Origin: Anthoceros angustus
Taxonomy: Eukaryota; Plantae; Anthocerotophyta
Assembly (NCBI GenBank): GCA_010909165.1
Contig: VJWM01000218.1
Coordinates: 1-64,000 of the forward strand
Direction of reading: 5' to 3'
DNA length: 64,000 bases
Below, piece by piece: positions 27,301 to 41,282 of the stretch. Position numbers and translations under genes: made by a program. The notes under the pieces are model-generated. The model had not been told where the DNA came from. It ran no database searches and saw only the letters and a program-made list of their open reading frames with translations. Every line of letters starts with the position of its first letter. Position 1 is the stretch's first letter.

Positions 27301-29143
27301 TTTGGTTTTCGATCGCTGGCGATGGGGGCTTTGGCTCGATTCTGGCTCTTCTCGGTTGCTCGTGTTCTTGGTGTTGCGTAATCGGATGATGGTGAATTAG
27401 GGCCCGAGTCTGTGAGGTTAATTTTGTCTACAAGTTACATTTGGTATGAGGGGTTGCTCGCCTCGCTTGGCAAGGGAGGCGCTATTTTGATCTATGGAGG
27501 ATGAGGTTTCGGCTTCTCTTAGTATCATTTTCGGTCTCAATTTGCGGTTTCAAAATAAAGCGTGATTTTTTCACAAAATAAAAACCATGCTCAAGCCGCT
27601 TAACAAAAGGATGAGTCCACCCCAATACCTATTAGAACTCACGATGTCTCATTTGAGGAAGCCAATGTGCCTTTTCCAAGAGGCACTTATGTAGTTATTT
27701 GGGTTTCTTCCTTCTAGCGAGGAATTGCAAGATATATATTAATACATATTTATTTATAGATCATTAGGCGATGCAGCCATGAGGCTATGATGCCTCTATT
27801 TACATTTTTTCACCAGCAATGCTTGCAGCAGTAGATTTTTCAAATTCCTAATTCTAATATTATAATAGCGAAGAGGTTTTGGTCCTATGGAGCTTGTTGT
27901 GGTGTATATTAATACATATAGACCACAATAAGTGCATTTAAAACCCTACAATTTGGAAAGTCTACATTTTAGATAAGCCTATGGAGGTAGTTCTAGATGG
28001 AACATACATCCAAGATAAAGTCGCCAAGTTGAAGAGACTGGCAAAACATTAAAACAAGGTCCTCATTTCAAGACACTATCACCAAGTCATTCAAATACCT
28101 TGATGGAGCTAGCCCTAAATGGAACACATACCAAAGACGAAGGCCCTTAACAATCATCAAGTATTTATGATAACCTTGTGGAGTTTGCTCGAGACGAAAC
28201 AAACGCTCAAGCACGCGGCTTCCTTGAAGAGAGTAGGTTCCCATTATAACATTGTACCACCAAGTATGTCAAATCACCTTGTGGAGTGTGACCGAGAGGA
28301 ACATACGACAAGTACAAAGTCCCCTTGAAGAAACTAGGTCAAATACCTACAATCAAACTTGGGTAGGTACCCATCCATTATTCTTCCGTTGACGTGAAGA
28401 GTCATGTATCAAATTTGAGGTTGAGCGTTATTATCCTAGCATTATTCTAAAAATGTCGAGATAAGAAAGGTAATTTCAAAGAAAAATAGAAGTGTAGGAG
28501 AGGGACAATGTGTGTGTTAGGGGGGTAACTAGTGGAGAAAGTGATTGGGAACGAGAGAGTATGGGGTGCAAGAAGAAAAAGAAAAGGAAGGAGGGACAAG
28601 ATTTATGAGTAAAAGGAAATATTATAAAAATAGAAATAGATTGAAAAAATAAAACATAAAATATGGAAAAGAGTGAAAAAGATAGAAGATAAAAAGAAAA
28701 AGAAAAAGTGAAGAAGATATCAAACAAAAATTGTGAATACCTAGTTGAAATCTTCTTTTGATATTATGTATTGAAGAAGAATAAAGTCATTGAATTTAGG
28801 TAACATGGGATCGATAAGAAAAAGATTGTATATCGAGATATAAATGAGTTTGTTCTCTATATATGTACAAGTCCTCTCATCACAATTTCACATATTTGAT
28901 CGCACTTGCTATCTCGTGAGTTATTCTCTTATTAGGTACATTTGTCGTTAGGTTTGATTGTAGTATTGCTCTTAGATTTGCTTAGGTTTGATTGTGATAT
29001 TGCTCTTAGATTTGCTTAGGTGTGATTGTAATTTTGGTCTTAGACTTGTTGTGCATTGAAATGGGTAGAGTATTGGCGAAGATCTTTTGTATAGAAAATG
29101 TAATCGATTGCTTGATGTTGCTTGGTTTGTGTAGCTAGAGAAA

Positions 29144-29250
29144 ATGGCGACATCTATGGGATTTGGACGATCTTTCCTTGCTATTTTCCTTGCTCTTCTA
29201 CTCATGTTTCCAAGCATATTGCTAGGCGATTAGGGAGTCACTGTCAACGC
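29144..29250 (+). pseudogene. Truncated precursor copy (signal peptide only)
   Basis: ATGGCGACATCTATGGG start, then a jump at ~29250 back into upstream unit sequence (GCGAAGAGGTTTTGG). Confidence 0.7.
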
Positions 29251-30511
29251 GAAGAGGTTTTGGTCCTATGGAGCTTGTTGTGGTGTATATTAATACATAT
29301 AGACCACAATAAGTGCATTTAAAACCCTACAATTTGGAAAGTCTACATTTTAGATAAGCCTATGGAGGTAGTTCTAGATGGAACATACATCCAAGATAAA
29401 GCCAAGTTGAAGAGACTGGCAAAACATTAAAACAAGGTCCTCATTTCAAGACACTATCACCAAGTCATTCAAATACCTTGATGGAGCTAGCCCTAAATGG
29501 AACACATACCCAGACGAAGGCCCTTAACAATCATCAAGTATTTATGATAACCTTGTGGAGTTTGCTCGAGACGAAACAAACGCTCAAGCACGCGGCTTCC
29601 TTGAAGAGAGTAGGTTCCCATTATAACATTGTACCACCAAGTATGTCAAATCACCTTGTGGAGTGTGACCGAGAGGACATACGCAAGTACAAAGTCCCCT
29701 TGAAGAAACTAGGTCAAATACCTACAATCAAACTTGGGTAGGTACCCATCCATTATTCTTCCGTTGACGTGAAGAGTCATGTATCAAATTTGAGGTTGGT
29801 ATTATCCTAGCATTATTCTAAAAATGTCGAGATAAGAAAGGTAATTTCAAAGAAAAATAGAAGTGTAGGAGAGGGACAATGTGTGTGTGTTGGGGGTAAC
29901 TAGTGGAGAAAGTGATTGGGAACGAGAGTATGGGGTGCAAGAAGAAAAAGAAAAGGAAGGAGGGACAAGATTTATGAGTAAAAGGAAATATTATAAAAAT
30001 AGAAATAGATTGAAAAAATAAAACATAAAATATGGAAAAGAGTGAAAAAGATAGAAGATAAAAAGAAAAAGAAAAAGTGAAGAAGATATCAAACAAAAAT
30101 TGTGAATACCTAGTTGAAATCTTCTTTTGATATTATGTATTGAAGAAGAATAAAGTCATTGAATTTAGGTAACATGGGATCGATAAGAAAAAGATTGTAT
30201 ATCGAGATATAAATGAGTTTGTTCTCTATATATGTACATGTCCTCTCATCACAATTTCACATATTTGACACTTGCTATCTCCCGTGAGTTATTCTCTTAT
30301 TAGGTACATTTGTCGTTAGGTTTGATTGTAGTATTGCTCTTAGATTTGCTTAGGTTTGATTGTGATATTGCTCTTAGATTTGCTTAGATGTGATTGTAAT
30401 TTTGGTCTTAGACTTGTTGTGCATTGAAATGGGTAGAGTATTGGCGAAGATCTTTTGTATAGAAAATGTAATCGATTGCTTGATGTTGCTTGGTTTGTGT
30501 AGCTAGAGAAA

Positions 30512-31119
30512 ATGGCGACATCTATGGGATTTGACGATCTTTCCTTGCTATTTTCCTTGCTCTTCTACTCATGTTTCCAAGCATATTGCTAGGCGTACTA
30601 GGGAGTCACTTGCAACGCCAAGAGGATAGATATTGATGATGATATTGAGGGCTCCACGAAACCGCCTAGTGGTCCTAGCCCGAATGAGCCGTGGATGCCT
30701 CCTCTAGATCCACGAAGGTGATTGTTCGAGGAGACGAAGGCATCTTGAGGGCTCCTAGAAAACCACCTAGTGGTGCTAGCCCCGTAATGAGCCCGGGATG
30801 CCTCCTCGATGTAGAAAGTGACTGCTCAAGGAGACGACGCATCTTGAGGGCTCCAGTGAAACCACCTAGCGGTGCTAGCTCCGGCAATGAGCGGGATGCC
30901 TCCTCTAGAGGCAAAGAAAGTAATTGTTGGAGGGCACAAAGGCATCTTGAGAGCTCCAAGAAAACCACCTAGTGGTGCTAGCCACAGCAATGAGCTCGGA
31001 TGCCTCCTCTAGATCCATCAAGGTGACTCTTGAGGAGACGAGCGCATCTTGAGGGCTCCACGAAACCACCTAGCGGTGCTAGCCCGCAATGAGCCCGGAT
31101 GCCTCCTCTAGATCCATAG
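30512..31119 (+). CDS. Secreted polypeptide precursor, 5 motifs (copy 3)
   Basis: Same signal region and five motif repeats; ORF 30691 shows ILRAPRKPPSGASP and KPPSGASSGNE. Confidence 0.7.
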
Positions 31120-31379
31120 AGAGTCATTTTCAACTTGTATTGAGTGTAGAAGTAATGGCTCATACAAGGCACAAGTGGGAATTATAATGTGCATATGTCG
31201 CTCACCCTTGGACACCCTTTTCGTTGGGAAGGTGTGGTATTGAAACGGGAGATATTTTCTTGTCGATATTTATTGAAGAATTTAACTCGAACTTATTATG
31301 TTAACAATAAACAATAATTGGATTTACTAACTATTGATCTTTTGATGTTAATACGACATTAAAGGGAATGTGTTACTTG

Positions 31380-32250
31380 ACCCCATCATTTCACTCGGAA
31401 CAAGGATGTGGAAATGCATGTCACACCATTTGGTCTACACCGTGGCTTTAGCATCGATACGAGAAGACGATCCCCAGATGGGCCCCATTGCATATAGCAC
31501 CACCCAAGCCGTTGAGAGGATGGGAGAAAAGTGATAGCAAGCCTGCCTACACACCAAGCAGCAGTGGAATTGAAGGACAAGACTACCGCACCGGTGTGAA
31601 TACGCAAGTTCTTGAGGAGTGGCGAAATGGTCATCGGTGCAGCAACTTTCAGCAAAGATAATCCCACAATCGAACACCGCCGAATGAGGCTTGGCGGGCT
31701 GGAAACCAGTGAGTACCGCATCTTGCAGCATGATAGACCCGAGCTCGCGATGGAGAAAGAATTAGGACACGGACTTAGAATATCTAGGAGATTGGAGACA
31801 CAGGTAGCCGCAAAACCCCTTAGGTTGAAAGGTCCTCTCATGTTACTGACACATTGGTATGCCAAAAATGAACCTACCTAGCTCGACCGCGAGGACATCC
31901 AAGCCCTCGGGACAAGGTATTGGGTCCCATCCTTTCCTTTGAAGTCGCTTTCCTACATACTTGGAGTACAAACGCTGTTAGAGGACATCTACAACGGCTT
32001 CCACACACCGTCCATCTAGTCCGTACAATACTAATGAACTTACCCGCCACTGCATCACGAACTGGCGGTCCAATGACCGCGGGTCCACCAAAGATTGAGT
32101 ATTCGGACCCCAACCCGGAGCTCTACTCGCGTTGCTACCTCGAGCAGGCGACGGACGCTGGTCCTTCACTGGCGAGGCCGGTGGCCAGACTTGCAGTGAG
32201 CCTGTATGGCTAAACTCTCCTTATGTCAAGGGGAGAAATTCCATATAGTG
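31380..32250 (+). mobile_element. Probable highly degenerate LINE (L1-type) ORF2 3' remnant, present in each array unit
   Basis: With G>A reversions and indels the segment can read YTV..., WRKV(W)QA...RLP, TIEH, SI(W)SV(R), the order expected for a zf-RVT/C-terminal LINE region. Reconstruction is speculative. Confidence 0.3.
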
Positions 32251-32757
32251 CAAGGAATCGATCTCCGATCTTCGAGAGGTGTTCTCCTAGGACGCTTAGA
32301 ATCGGCTACTATCTAAGAGTTTGATTCTATAGGGATTTCTGTTCAACTCACTGTGCTTTGAGGTGATCAAGAACACTTTTAGACCAGACTTGCTCTTCAA
32401 AGACGACACCCATTGCTCGCGTCATTGCATATTTGCTTATCACGAATTTGGACAACAAAATAAAGGTGTAGCACTAGCGACCACGAGGTCCTAGGATACG
32501 ACTAGTCTGCAATGTATGAAGCGGGTAATCAATCTACAAACATTCGAATCGAGTACTTGGGGCTATGATACCATATTAACAAAATAAAACTATAGAGAAC
32601 TTGTACAATTGAATAAGTGCAACTAATCGATCGAATTACAAAATTATCCTAAATACTTGTGTGGTGGTATTGTGGTGTATGTTCAAAATTAACCTAAATG
32701 AATAAATAATATTGGATAGGTTAATTAACCCTAACCTCTAACGATTAGCTAAAGAAA

Positions 32758-32972
32758 ATGGCAACATCTATGAGATTTGGATGATGTTTCCTTGCTAATT
32801 TTCTTGGTCTTCTACTCATGTTTGAGCATGCTACCGGATATACTAGGAGTCACTTACCAAACATCAAGAGGATAGATACCGATAATAGCTAGCATCTATC
32901 TTGAGCTAGCTCCAAGAAAACCACCAAGTAGTGCTAGCCCGTAATGAGCCCCGAGAAGCCTCCTCCATTTAG
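32758..32972 (+). pseudogene. Single-motif paralog pseudogene
   Basis: Same sequence as 13396-13609, including the TGA. Confidence 0.8.
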
Positions 32973-35870
32973 AATATTTGAGAAAAATTAAGAGCAATGC
33001 CCCAAGTGAGCCCATTTGATATAAAGAATCCCTATGGGAGTTTCTTTCCCACCATGCCTTTTCCTCTTGGTTTTCCATCCACCTTTTGATTTTTGTACTT
33101 AGTACTTGACACGATGGAGCGAATGGAGACAAAACTTTGAACTCAAAACTAAGGCCATCTACCTTGCGCATTGAAAAATGGGTTGGGGGCATTCACAAAG
33201 TTTCTCAAACAACCTATCTCAATCGCAACAACTAGAACTAGATGGCGCTCATGGATAGATGCATGAAGTTTATTACACGCACTTGGGAAACTAGCTGCCC
33301 TATGCAAAGATAGGAAATGCCTCTAGCAATACTAAGTCACCCTAGTATCACTATCATTTGTATAATACAAGTATGGAGAAGGGGAGCAGAACCGAGACGG
33401 AGGAACTTATATAGAGGTGGGGGACGATGAATCGTCGAGAGCACCGTGAACTTCGCTATTGGGAGGTACGCCTGGGTGCCGAAAAAAGGAACTCCTAGCG
33501 TATGCCAAACTCCTCCTGCAGCACCTCAAAATGGGCGCCCGCTAAAGCCGGGCTAGGATGCGGGATGTAGATGGCGAGAGACCCTAGGATCAGAATTTAG
33601 CGAACCACGGTTCGCTTTGGTAAACCCGATGACATGTTAAGGAAGGCCAAGGATTCTTAGAGGGTGATGTATAATCTATGACAAAATCTATGTAAAAGTA
33701 GCATCACAAAATAGACCTCAAAAAGTCAACAAGGGGCATATTTTCTAGAATTTCATACATCAAAATTTGAGAGAAAAAGGCAAAAAGAGAACTAGAGACT
33801 CAATATGAGTGAGTGGGAATTTGGGGTTAAGGAAAGGAGAGGTGTCTGATGGTTTTGGTGCGTGTGGAACCTCCTAGTTAGTCTTCTCATTTCTTGTGGT
33901 TCCGTTGATAGGGGTTTTACTTGTACACTCATAGGCCATGGTTCCTAGTAGGGTCCAAATTTGTATTGGCGGATTTTGGCTTTGTGGCGGTGTCCTTGTG
34001 ATGATTTGGAGGTTTTGGTTTTCGATCATGGGGGCTTTGGCCCGATTCTGGCTCTTCTCGGTTGCTCGTGTTCTTGGTGTTGCGTGCCGGATGATGGTGA
34101 ATTGGGGCCCGAGCTGTAGGTTAATTTTGTCTACAAGTTACATTTGGTATGAGGGGTTTGTTTTGCTCTCGCCTTCGCTTGGCAAGGGAGGCGCTATTTT
34201 GATCTATGGAGGATGAGGTTTCGGCTTCTCTTAGTATCATTTTCGGTCTCAATTTGCGGTTTCAAAATAAAGCGTGATTTTTTCACAAAATAAAACCATG
34301 CTCCTCAAGCCGCTTAACAAAGGATGAGTCCACCCCAATACCTATTAGAACTCACGATGTCTCATTTGAGGGAAGCCAATGTGCCTTTTCCAAGAGGCAC
34401 TTATGTAGTTATTTGGGTTTCTTCCTTCTAGCGAGTAATTGCAAGATATATATTAATACATATTTATTTATAGATCATTAGGCGTATGCAGCCATGAGGC
34501 TATGATGCCTCTATTTACATTTTTTCACCAGCAATGCTTGCAGCAGTAGATTTTTCAAATTCCTAATTCTAATATTATAATAGCGAAAGAGGTTTTGGTC
34601 CTATGGAGCTTGTTGTGGTGTATATTAATACATATAGACCACAATAAGTGCATTTAAAACCCTACAATTTGGAAAGTCTACATTTTAGATAAGCCTATGG
34701 AGGTAGTTCTAGATGGAACATACATCCAAGATAAAGTCGCCAAGTTGAAGAGGCTGGCAAAACATTAAAACAAGGTCCTCATTTCAAGACACTATCACCA
34801 AGTCATTCAAATACCTTGATGGAGCTAGCCCTAAATGGAACACATACCCAAAGACGAAGGCCCCTTAACAATCATCAAGTATTTATGATAACCTTGTGGA
34901 GTTTGCTCGAGACGAAACAAACGCTCAAGCACGCGGCTTCCTTGAAGAGAGTAGGTTCCCATTATAACATTGTACCACCAAGTATGTCAAATCACCTTGT
35001 GGAGTGTGAGAGGGGACATACGCACAAGTACAAAGTCCCCTTGAAGAAACTAGGTCAAATACCTACAATCAAACTTGGGTAGGTACCCATCCATTATTCT
35101 TCCGTTGACGTGAAGAGTCATGTATCAAATTTGAGGTTGAGTTATTATCCTAGCATTATTCTAAAAATGTCGAGATAAGAAAGGTAATTTCAAAGAAAAA
35201 TAGAAGTGTAGGAGAGGGACAATGTGTGTGTTGGGGGTAACTAGTGGAGAAAGTGATTGGGAACGAGAGAGTATGGGGTGCAAGAAGAAAAAGAAAAGGA
35301 AGGAGGGACAAGATTTATGAGTAAAAGGAAATATTATAAAAATAGAAATAGATTGAAAAAAATAAAACATAAAATATGGAAAAGAGTGAAAAAGATAGAA
35401 GATAAAAAGAAAAAGAAAAAGAAAAAGAAAAAGTGAAGAAGATATCAAACAAAAATTGTCAATACCTAGTTGAAATCTTCTTTTGATATTATGTATTGAA
35501 GAAGAATAAAGTCATTGAATTTAGGTAACATGGGATCGACAAGAAAAAGATTGTATATCGAGATATAAATGAGTTTGTTCTCTATATATGTACAAGTCCT
35601 CTCATCACAATTTCACATATTTGATCGCACTTGCTATCTCCCGTGAGTTATTCTCTTATTAGGTACATTTGTCGTTAGGTTTGATTGTAGTATTGCTCTT
35701 AGATTTGCTTAGGTTTGATTGTGATATTGCTCTTAGATTTGCTTAGATGTGATTGTAATTTTGGTCTTAGACTTGTTGTGCATTGAAATGGGTAGAGTAT
35801 TGGCGAAGATCTTTTGTATAGAAAATGTAATCGATTGCTTGATGTTGCTTGGTTTGTGTAGCTAGAGAAA

Positions 35871-36483
35871 ATGGCGACATCTATGGGATTTGGACGATCT
35901 TTCCTTGCTATTTTCCTTGCTCTTCTACTCATGTTTCCAAGCATATTGCTAGGCGATTAGGGAGTCACTTGCCGAACGTCAAGAGGATAGATATTGATGA
36001 TGACATATTGAGGGCTCCACGAAAACCGCCTAGTGGTCCTAGCCCCAATGAGCCGTGGATGCCTCCTCTAGATCCATCAAGGTGACTCTTCGAGGAGACG
36101 AAGGCATCTTGAGGGCTCCTAGAAAACCACCTAGTGGTGCTAGCCTGTAATGAGCCCGGGATGCCTCCTCTCGATGTAGAGAAAGTGACTGCTCAAGGAG
36201 ACGACGCATCTTGAGGGCTCCAGTGAAACCACCTAGCGGTGCTAGCTCGCAATGAGCTCGGGATGCCTCCTCTAGAGGCAAAGAAAGTAATTGTTGGAGG
36301 GCACAAAGGCATCTTGAGAGCTCCAAGAAAACCACCTAGTGGTGCTAGCCCGCAATGAGCTCGGGATGCCTCCTCTAGATCCATCAAGGTGACTCTTGAG
36401 GAGACGCATCTTGAGGGCTCCAGTGAAACCACCTAGCGGTGCTAGCCCGCAATGAGCCCGGGATGCCTCCTCTAGATCCATAG
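35871..36483 (+). CDS. Secreted polypeptide precursor, 5 motifs (copy 4)
   Basis: KRIDIDDDILRAPRKPPSGPSPNEPWMPPLDP plus four further repeats; TAG at 36481-36483. Confidence 0.7.
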
Positions 36484-38148
36484 AGAGTCATTTTCAACTT
36501 GTCGATTGAGTGTAGAAGTAATGGCTCATACAAGGCACAAGTGGGAATTATAATGTGCATATGTCGCTCACCCTTGGACACCCTTTTCGTTGGGAAGGTG
36601 TGGTATTGAAACGGGAGATATTTTCTTGTCGTATATTTATTGAAGAATTTAATCGAACTTATTATGTTAACAATAAACAATAATTCGGATTTACTAACTA
36701 TTGATCTTTTGATGTTAATACATTAAAGGGAATGTGTTACTTGACCCCATCATTTCACTCCGGAACAAGGATGTGGAAATGCATGTCACACCATTTGGTC
36801 TACACCGTGGCTTTAGCCGCATCCGACACGAGAAGACGATCCCCTGCATCGATGGGCCCCATTGCATATAGCACCAGCCCAAGCCGCTGAGAGGGATGGG
36901 AGAAAAGTGATAGCAAGCCTGTCTACACAGCACCAAGCAGTGGAATTGAAGGACAAGACTACCGCACCGGTGTGAATACGCAAGTTTACCGAGGAGTGGC
37001 GAAATGGTCATCGCGGCAGCAACTTTCAGCAAAGATAATCCCACAATCGAACACCCTCGATGAGCCCGGATGCCTCCTCTCGATGTAGAGAAAGTGACTG
37101 CTCAAGGAGACGAGCGCATCTTGCAGCATGATAGACCCGAGCTCGCGATGGAGAAAGAATTAGGACACGGACTTAGAATATCTAGGAGATTGGAGACACA
37201 GTAGCCGAAAACCCCTTAGGTTGAAAGGTCCTCTCATGTTACAAAGACATTGGTATGCCAAAAATGAACCTACCTAGCTCAAGACCGCGAGGACATCCAA
37301 GCCCTCGTGACAAGGTATTGGGTCCCATCCTTTCCTTTGAAGTCGCTTCCTACATACTTGAGTACAAACGCTAGAGGACATCTACAACGGCTTCCACACA
37401 CCGCTCCATCTAGTCCGTACCAATACTAATGAACTTACCCGCCACTGCATCATGAACTCGGCGGTCCAATGATCATGTCCACCAAGATTGAGTATTCACG
37501 GACCCCAACCGGAGCTCTACTCGCGTTGCTACCTCGAGCAGGCGCCGGACGCTGGTCCTTCACCAGCGAGGCCGCCAGACTTGCAGTGAGCCTGCGGCTA
37601 AACTCTCCTTATGTCAAGGGGAGAAATTCCATATAGTGCAAGGAATCGATCTCGATCTTCGTGAGAGGTGTTCTCCTAGGACGCTTAGAATCGGCTACTA
37701 TCTAAGAGTTTGATTCTATAGGGATTTCTGCTCAACTCACTGTGCTTTGAGGTGATCAGCAACACTTTTAGACCAGACTTGCTCTTCAAAGACGACACCC
37801 ATTGCTCCGTCATTGCATATTTGCTTATCACGAATTTGGACAACAAAATAAAGGTGTAGCACTAGCGACCACGAGGTCCTAGGATAGACTAGTCCGCAAT
37901 GTATGAAGCGGGTAATCAATCTACAAACATTCTATTAATCGAGTACTTGGGGCTATGATACCATATTAACAAATGAAAACTATAGAGAACTTGTACAATT
38001 GAATAAGTGCAACTAATCGATCGAATTACAAAATTATCCTAAATACTTGTGTGGTGGTATTGTGGTGTATGTTCAAAATTAACCTAAATGAATAAATAAT
38101 ATTGGATAGGTTAATTAACCCTAACCTCTAACATAGAAGCTAAAGAAA

Positions 38149-38364
38149 ATGGCAACATCTATGAGATTTGGATGATGTTTCCTTGCTAATTTTCTTGGTC
38201 TTCTACTCATGTTTCCGAGCATGCTCGGATATACTAGGAGTCACTTACCAAACATCAAGAGGATAGATATCGATAATAGCTAGCATCTATCTTGAGCTAG
38301 CTCCAAGAAAACCACCAAGTAGTGCTAGCCCCGTAATGAGCCCCGAGAAGCCTCCTCCATTTAG
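38149..38364 (+). pseudogene. Single-motif paralog pseudogene
   Basis: Same sequence as 13396-13609, including the TGA. Confidence 0.8.
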
Positions 38365-41282
38365 AATATTTGAGAAAAATTAAGAGCAACAGCCCCAAGT
38401 GAGCCCATTTGATATAAAGAATCCCTATGGGAGTTTCTTTCCCACCATGCCTTTTCCTCTTGGTTTCTCCATCCACCTTTTGATTTTTGTACTTAGTACT
38501 TGACACGATGGAGCGAATGGAGACAAAAACTTTGAACTCAAAACTAAGGCCATCTACCTTGCATTGAAAATGGGTTGGGGCATTCACAAAGTTTCTCAAA
38601 CAACCTATCTCACCGGCGCAACAACTAGAACTAGATGGCGCTCCGCGGATAGATGCATGAAGTTTATTACACGCACTTGGGAAACTAGCTGCCCTATGCA
38701 AGATAGGAAATGCCTCTAGCAATACTAAGTCACCCTAGTATCACTATCATTTGTATAATACAAGTATGGAGAAGGGGAGCAGAGAACCCGGAGACGGAGG
38801 AACTTATATAGAGGTGGGGGACGATGAATCGTCGAGAGCACCGTGAACTTCGCTATTGGGAGCGGATGGCGCTCAAGCCGCTTAACAAAAGGAACTCCTA
38901 GCGTATGCCAAACTCCTCAAAGACCTCAAAATGGGCGCCCGCTAAAGCCGGGCTAGGATGCGGATGTAGATGGCAGAGACCCTAGGATCAGAATTTAGCG
39001 AACCACGGTTCGCTTTGGTAAACCCGATGACATGTTAAGGAAGGCCAAGGATTCTTAGAGGGTGATGTATAATCTATGACAAAATCTATGTAAAAGTAGC
39101 ATCACAAAATAGACCTCAAAAAGTTGCAACAAGGGGCATATTTTCTAGAATTTCATACATCAAAAATTTGAGAGAAAAAAGGCAAAAAAGAGAGCTAGAG
39201 ACTCAATATGAGTGAGCTGGGGAATTTGGGGTTAAGGAAAGGGAGAGGTGTGCTGATGGTTTTTGGTGCGTGTGGAACCTCCTAGTTAGTCTTCTCATTT
39301 CTTGTGGTTCCGTTGATAGGGGTTTTACTTGTACACTCATAGGCCATGGTTCCTAGTAGGTTCCAAATTTGGTATTGGCGGATTTTGGCTTTGTGGCGGT
39401 GTCCTTGTGATGATTTGGAGGTTTTTGGTTTTCGATCGCTGCTGGCGACAGGGGGCTTTTGGCTCCGATTCAGTGGCTCTTCTCGGTTGCTCAGGTTCTT
39501 GGTGTTGCGTGCACTGGATGATGGTGAATTGGGGCCCGAGCTCCGTAGGTTAATTTTGTCTACAAGTTACATTTGGTATGAGGGGTTTGCTCGCCTTCGC
39601 TTGGCAAGGGAGGCGCTATTTTGATCTATGGAGGATGAGGTTTCGGCTTCTCTTAGTATCATTTTCGGTCTCAATTTGCGGTTTCAAAATAAAGCGTGAT
39701 TTTTCACAAAATAAAACCATGCTCCTCAAGCCGCTTAACAAAAGGGATGAGTCCACCCCAATACCTATTAGAACTCACGATGTCTCATTTGAGGGAAGCC
39801 AATGTGCCTTTTCCAAGAGGCACTTATGTAGTTATTTGGGTTTCTTCCTTCTAGCGAGTAATTGCAAGATATATATTAATACATATTTATTTATAGATCA
39901 TTAGGCGTATGCAGCCATGAGGCTATGATGCCTCTATTTACATTTTTTCACCAGCAATGCTTGCAGTAGATTTTTCAAATTCCTAATTCTAATATTATAA
40001 TAGCGTAAAGAGGTTTTGGTCCTATGGAGCTTGTTGTGGTGTATATTAATACATATAGACCACAATAAGTGCATTTAAAACCCTACAATTTGGAAAGTCT
40101 ACATTTTAGATAAGCCTATGGAGGTAGTTCTAGATGGAACATACATCCAAGATAAAGTCGCCAAGTTGAAGAGACTGTGGCAAAACATTAAAACAAGGTC
40201 CTCATTTCAAGACACTATCACCAAGTCATTCAAATACCTTGATGGAGCTAGCCCTAAATGGAACACATACCCAAAGACGAAGGCCCCTTAACAATCATCA
40301 AGTATTTATGATAACCTTGTGGAGTTTGCTCGAGACGAAACAAACGCTCAAGCACGCGGCTTCCCTTGAAGAGAGTAGGTTCCCATTATAACATTGTACC
40401 ACCAAGTATGTCAAATCACCTTGTGGAGTGTGACCGAGAGGAACATACGCACAAGTACAAGTCCCTTGAAGAAACTAGGTCAAATACCTACAATCAAACT
40501 TGGGTAGGTACCCATCCATTATTCTTCCGTTGACGTGAAGAGTCATGTATCAAATTTGAGGTTGAGCGTTATTATCCTAGCATTATTCTAAAAATGTCGA
40601 GATAAGAAAGGTAATTTCAAAGAAAAATAGAAGTGTAGGAGAGGGACAATGTGTGTGTTGGGGGTAACTAGTGGAGAAAGTGATTGGGAACGAGAGAGTA
40701 TGGGGTGCAAGAAGAAAAGAAAAGGAAGGAGGGACAAGATTTATGAGTAAAAGGAAATATTATAAAATAGAAATAGATTGAAAAAATAAAACATAAAATA
40801 TGGAAAAGAGTGAAAAAGATAGAAGATAAAAAAAAAGAAAAAGTGAAGAAGATATCAAACAAAAATTAAGTGAATACCTAGTTGAAATCTTCTTTTGATA
40901 TTATGTATTGAAGAAGAATAAAGTCATTGAATTTAGGTAACATGGGATCGATAAGAAAAAGATTGTATATCGAGATATAAATGAGTTTGTTCTCTATATA
41001 TGTACAAGTCCTCTCATCACAATTTCACATATTTGATCGCACTTGCTATCTCCGGTGAGTTATTCTCTTATTAGGTACATTTGTCGTTAGGTTTGATTGT
41101 AGTATTGCTCTTAGATTTGCTTAGGTTTGATTGTGATATTGCTCTTAGATTTGCTTAGGTGTGATTGTAATTTTGGTCTTAGACTTGTTGTGCATTGAAA
41201 TGGGTAGAGTATTGGCGAAGATCTTTTGTATAGAAAATGTAATCGATTGCTTGATGTTGCTTGGTTTGTGTAGCTAGAGAAA

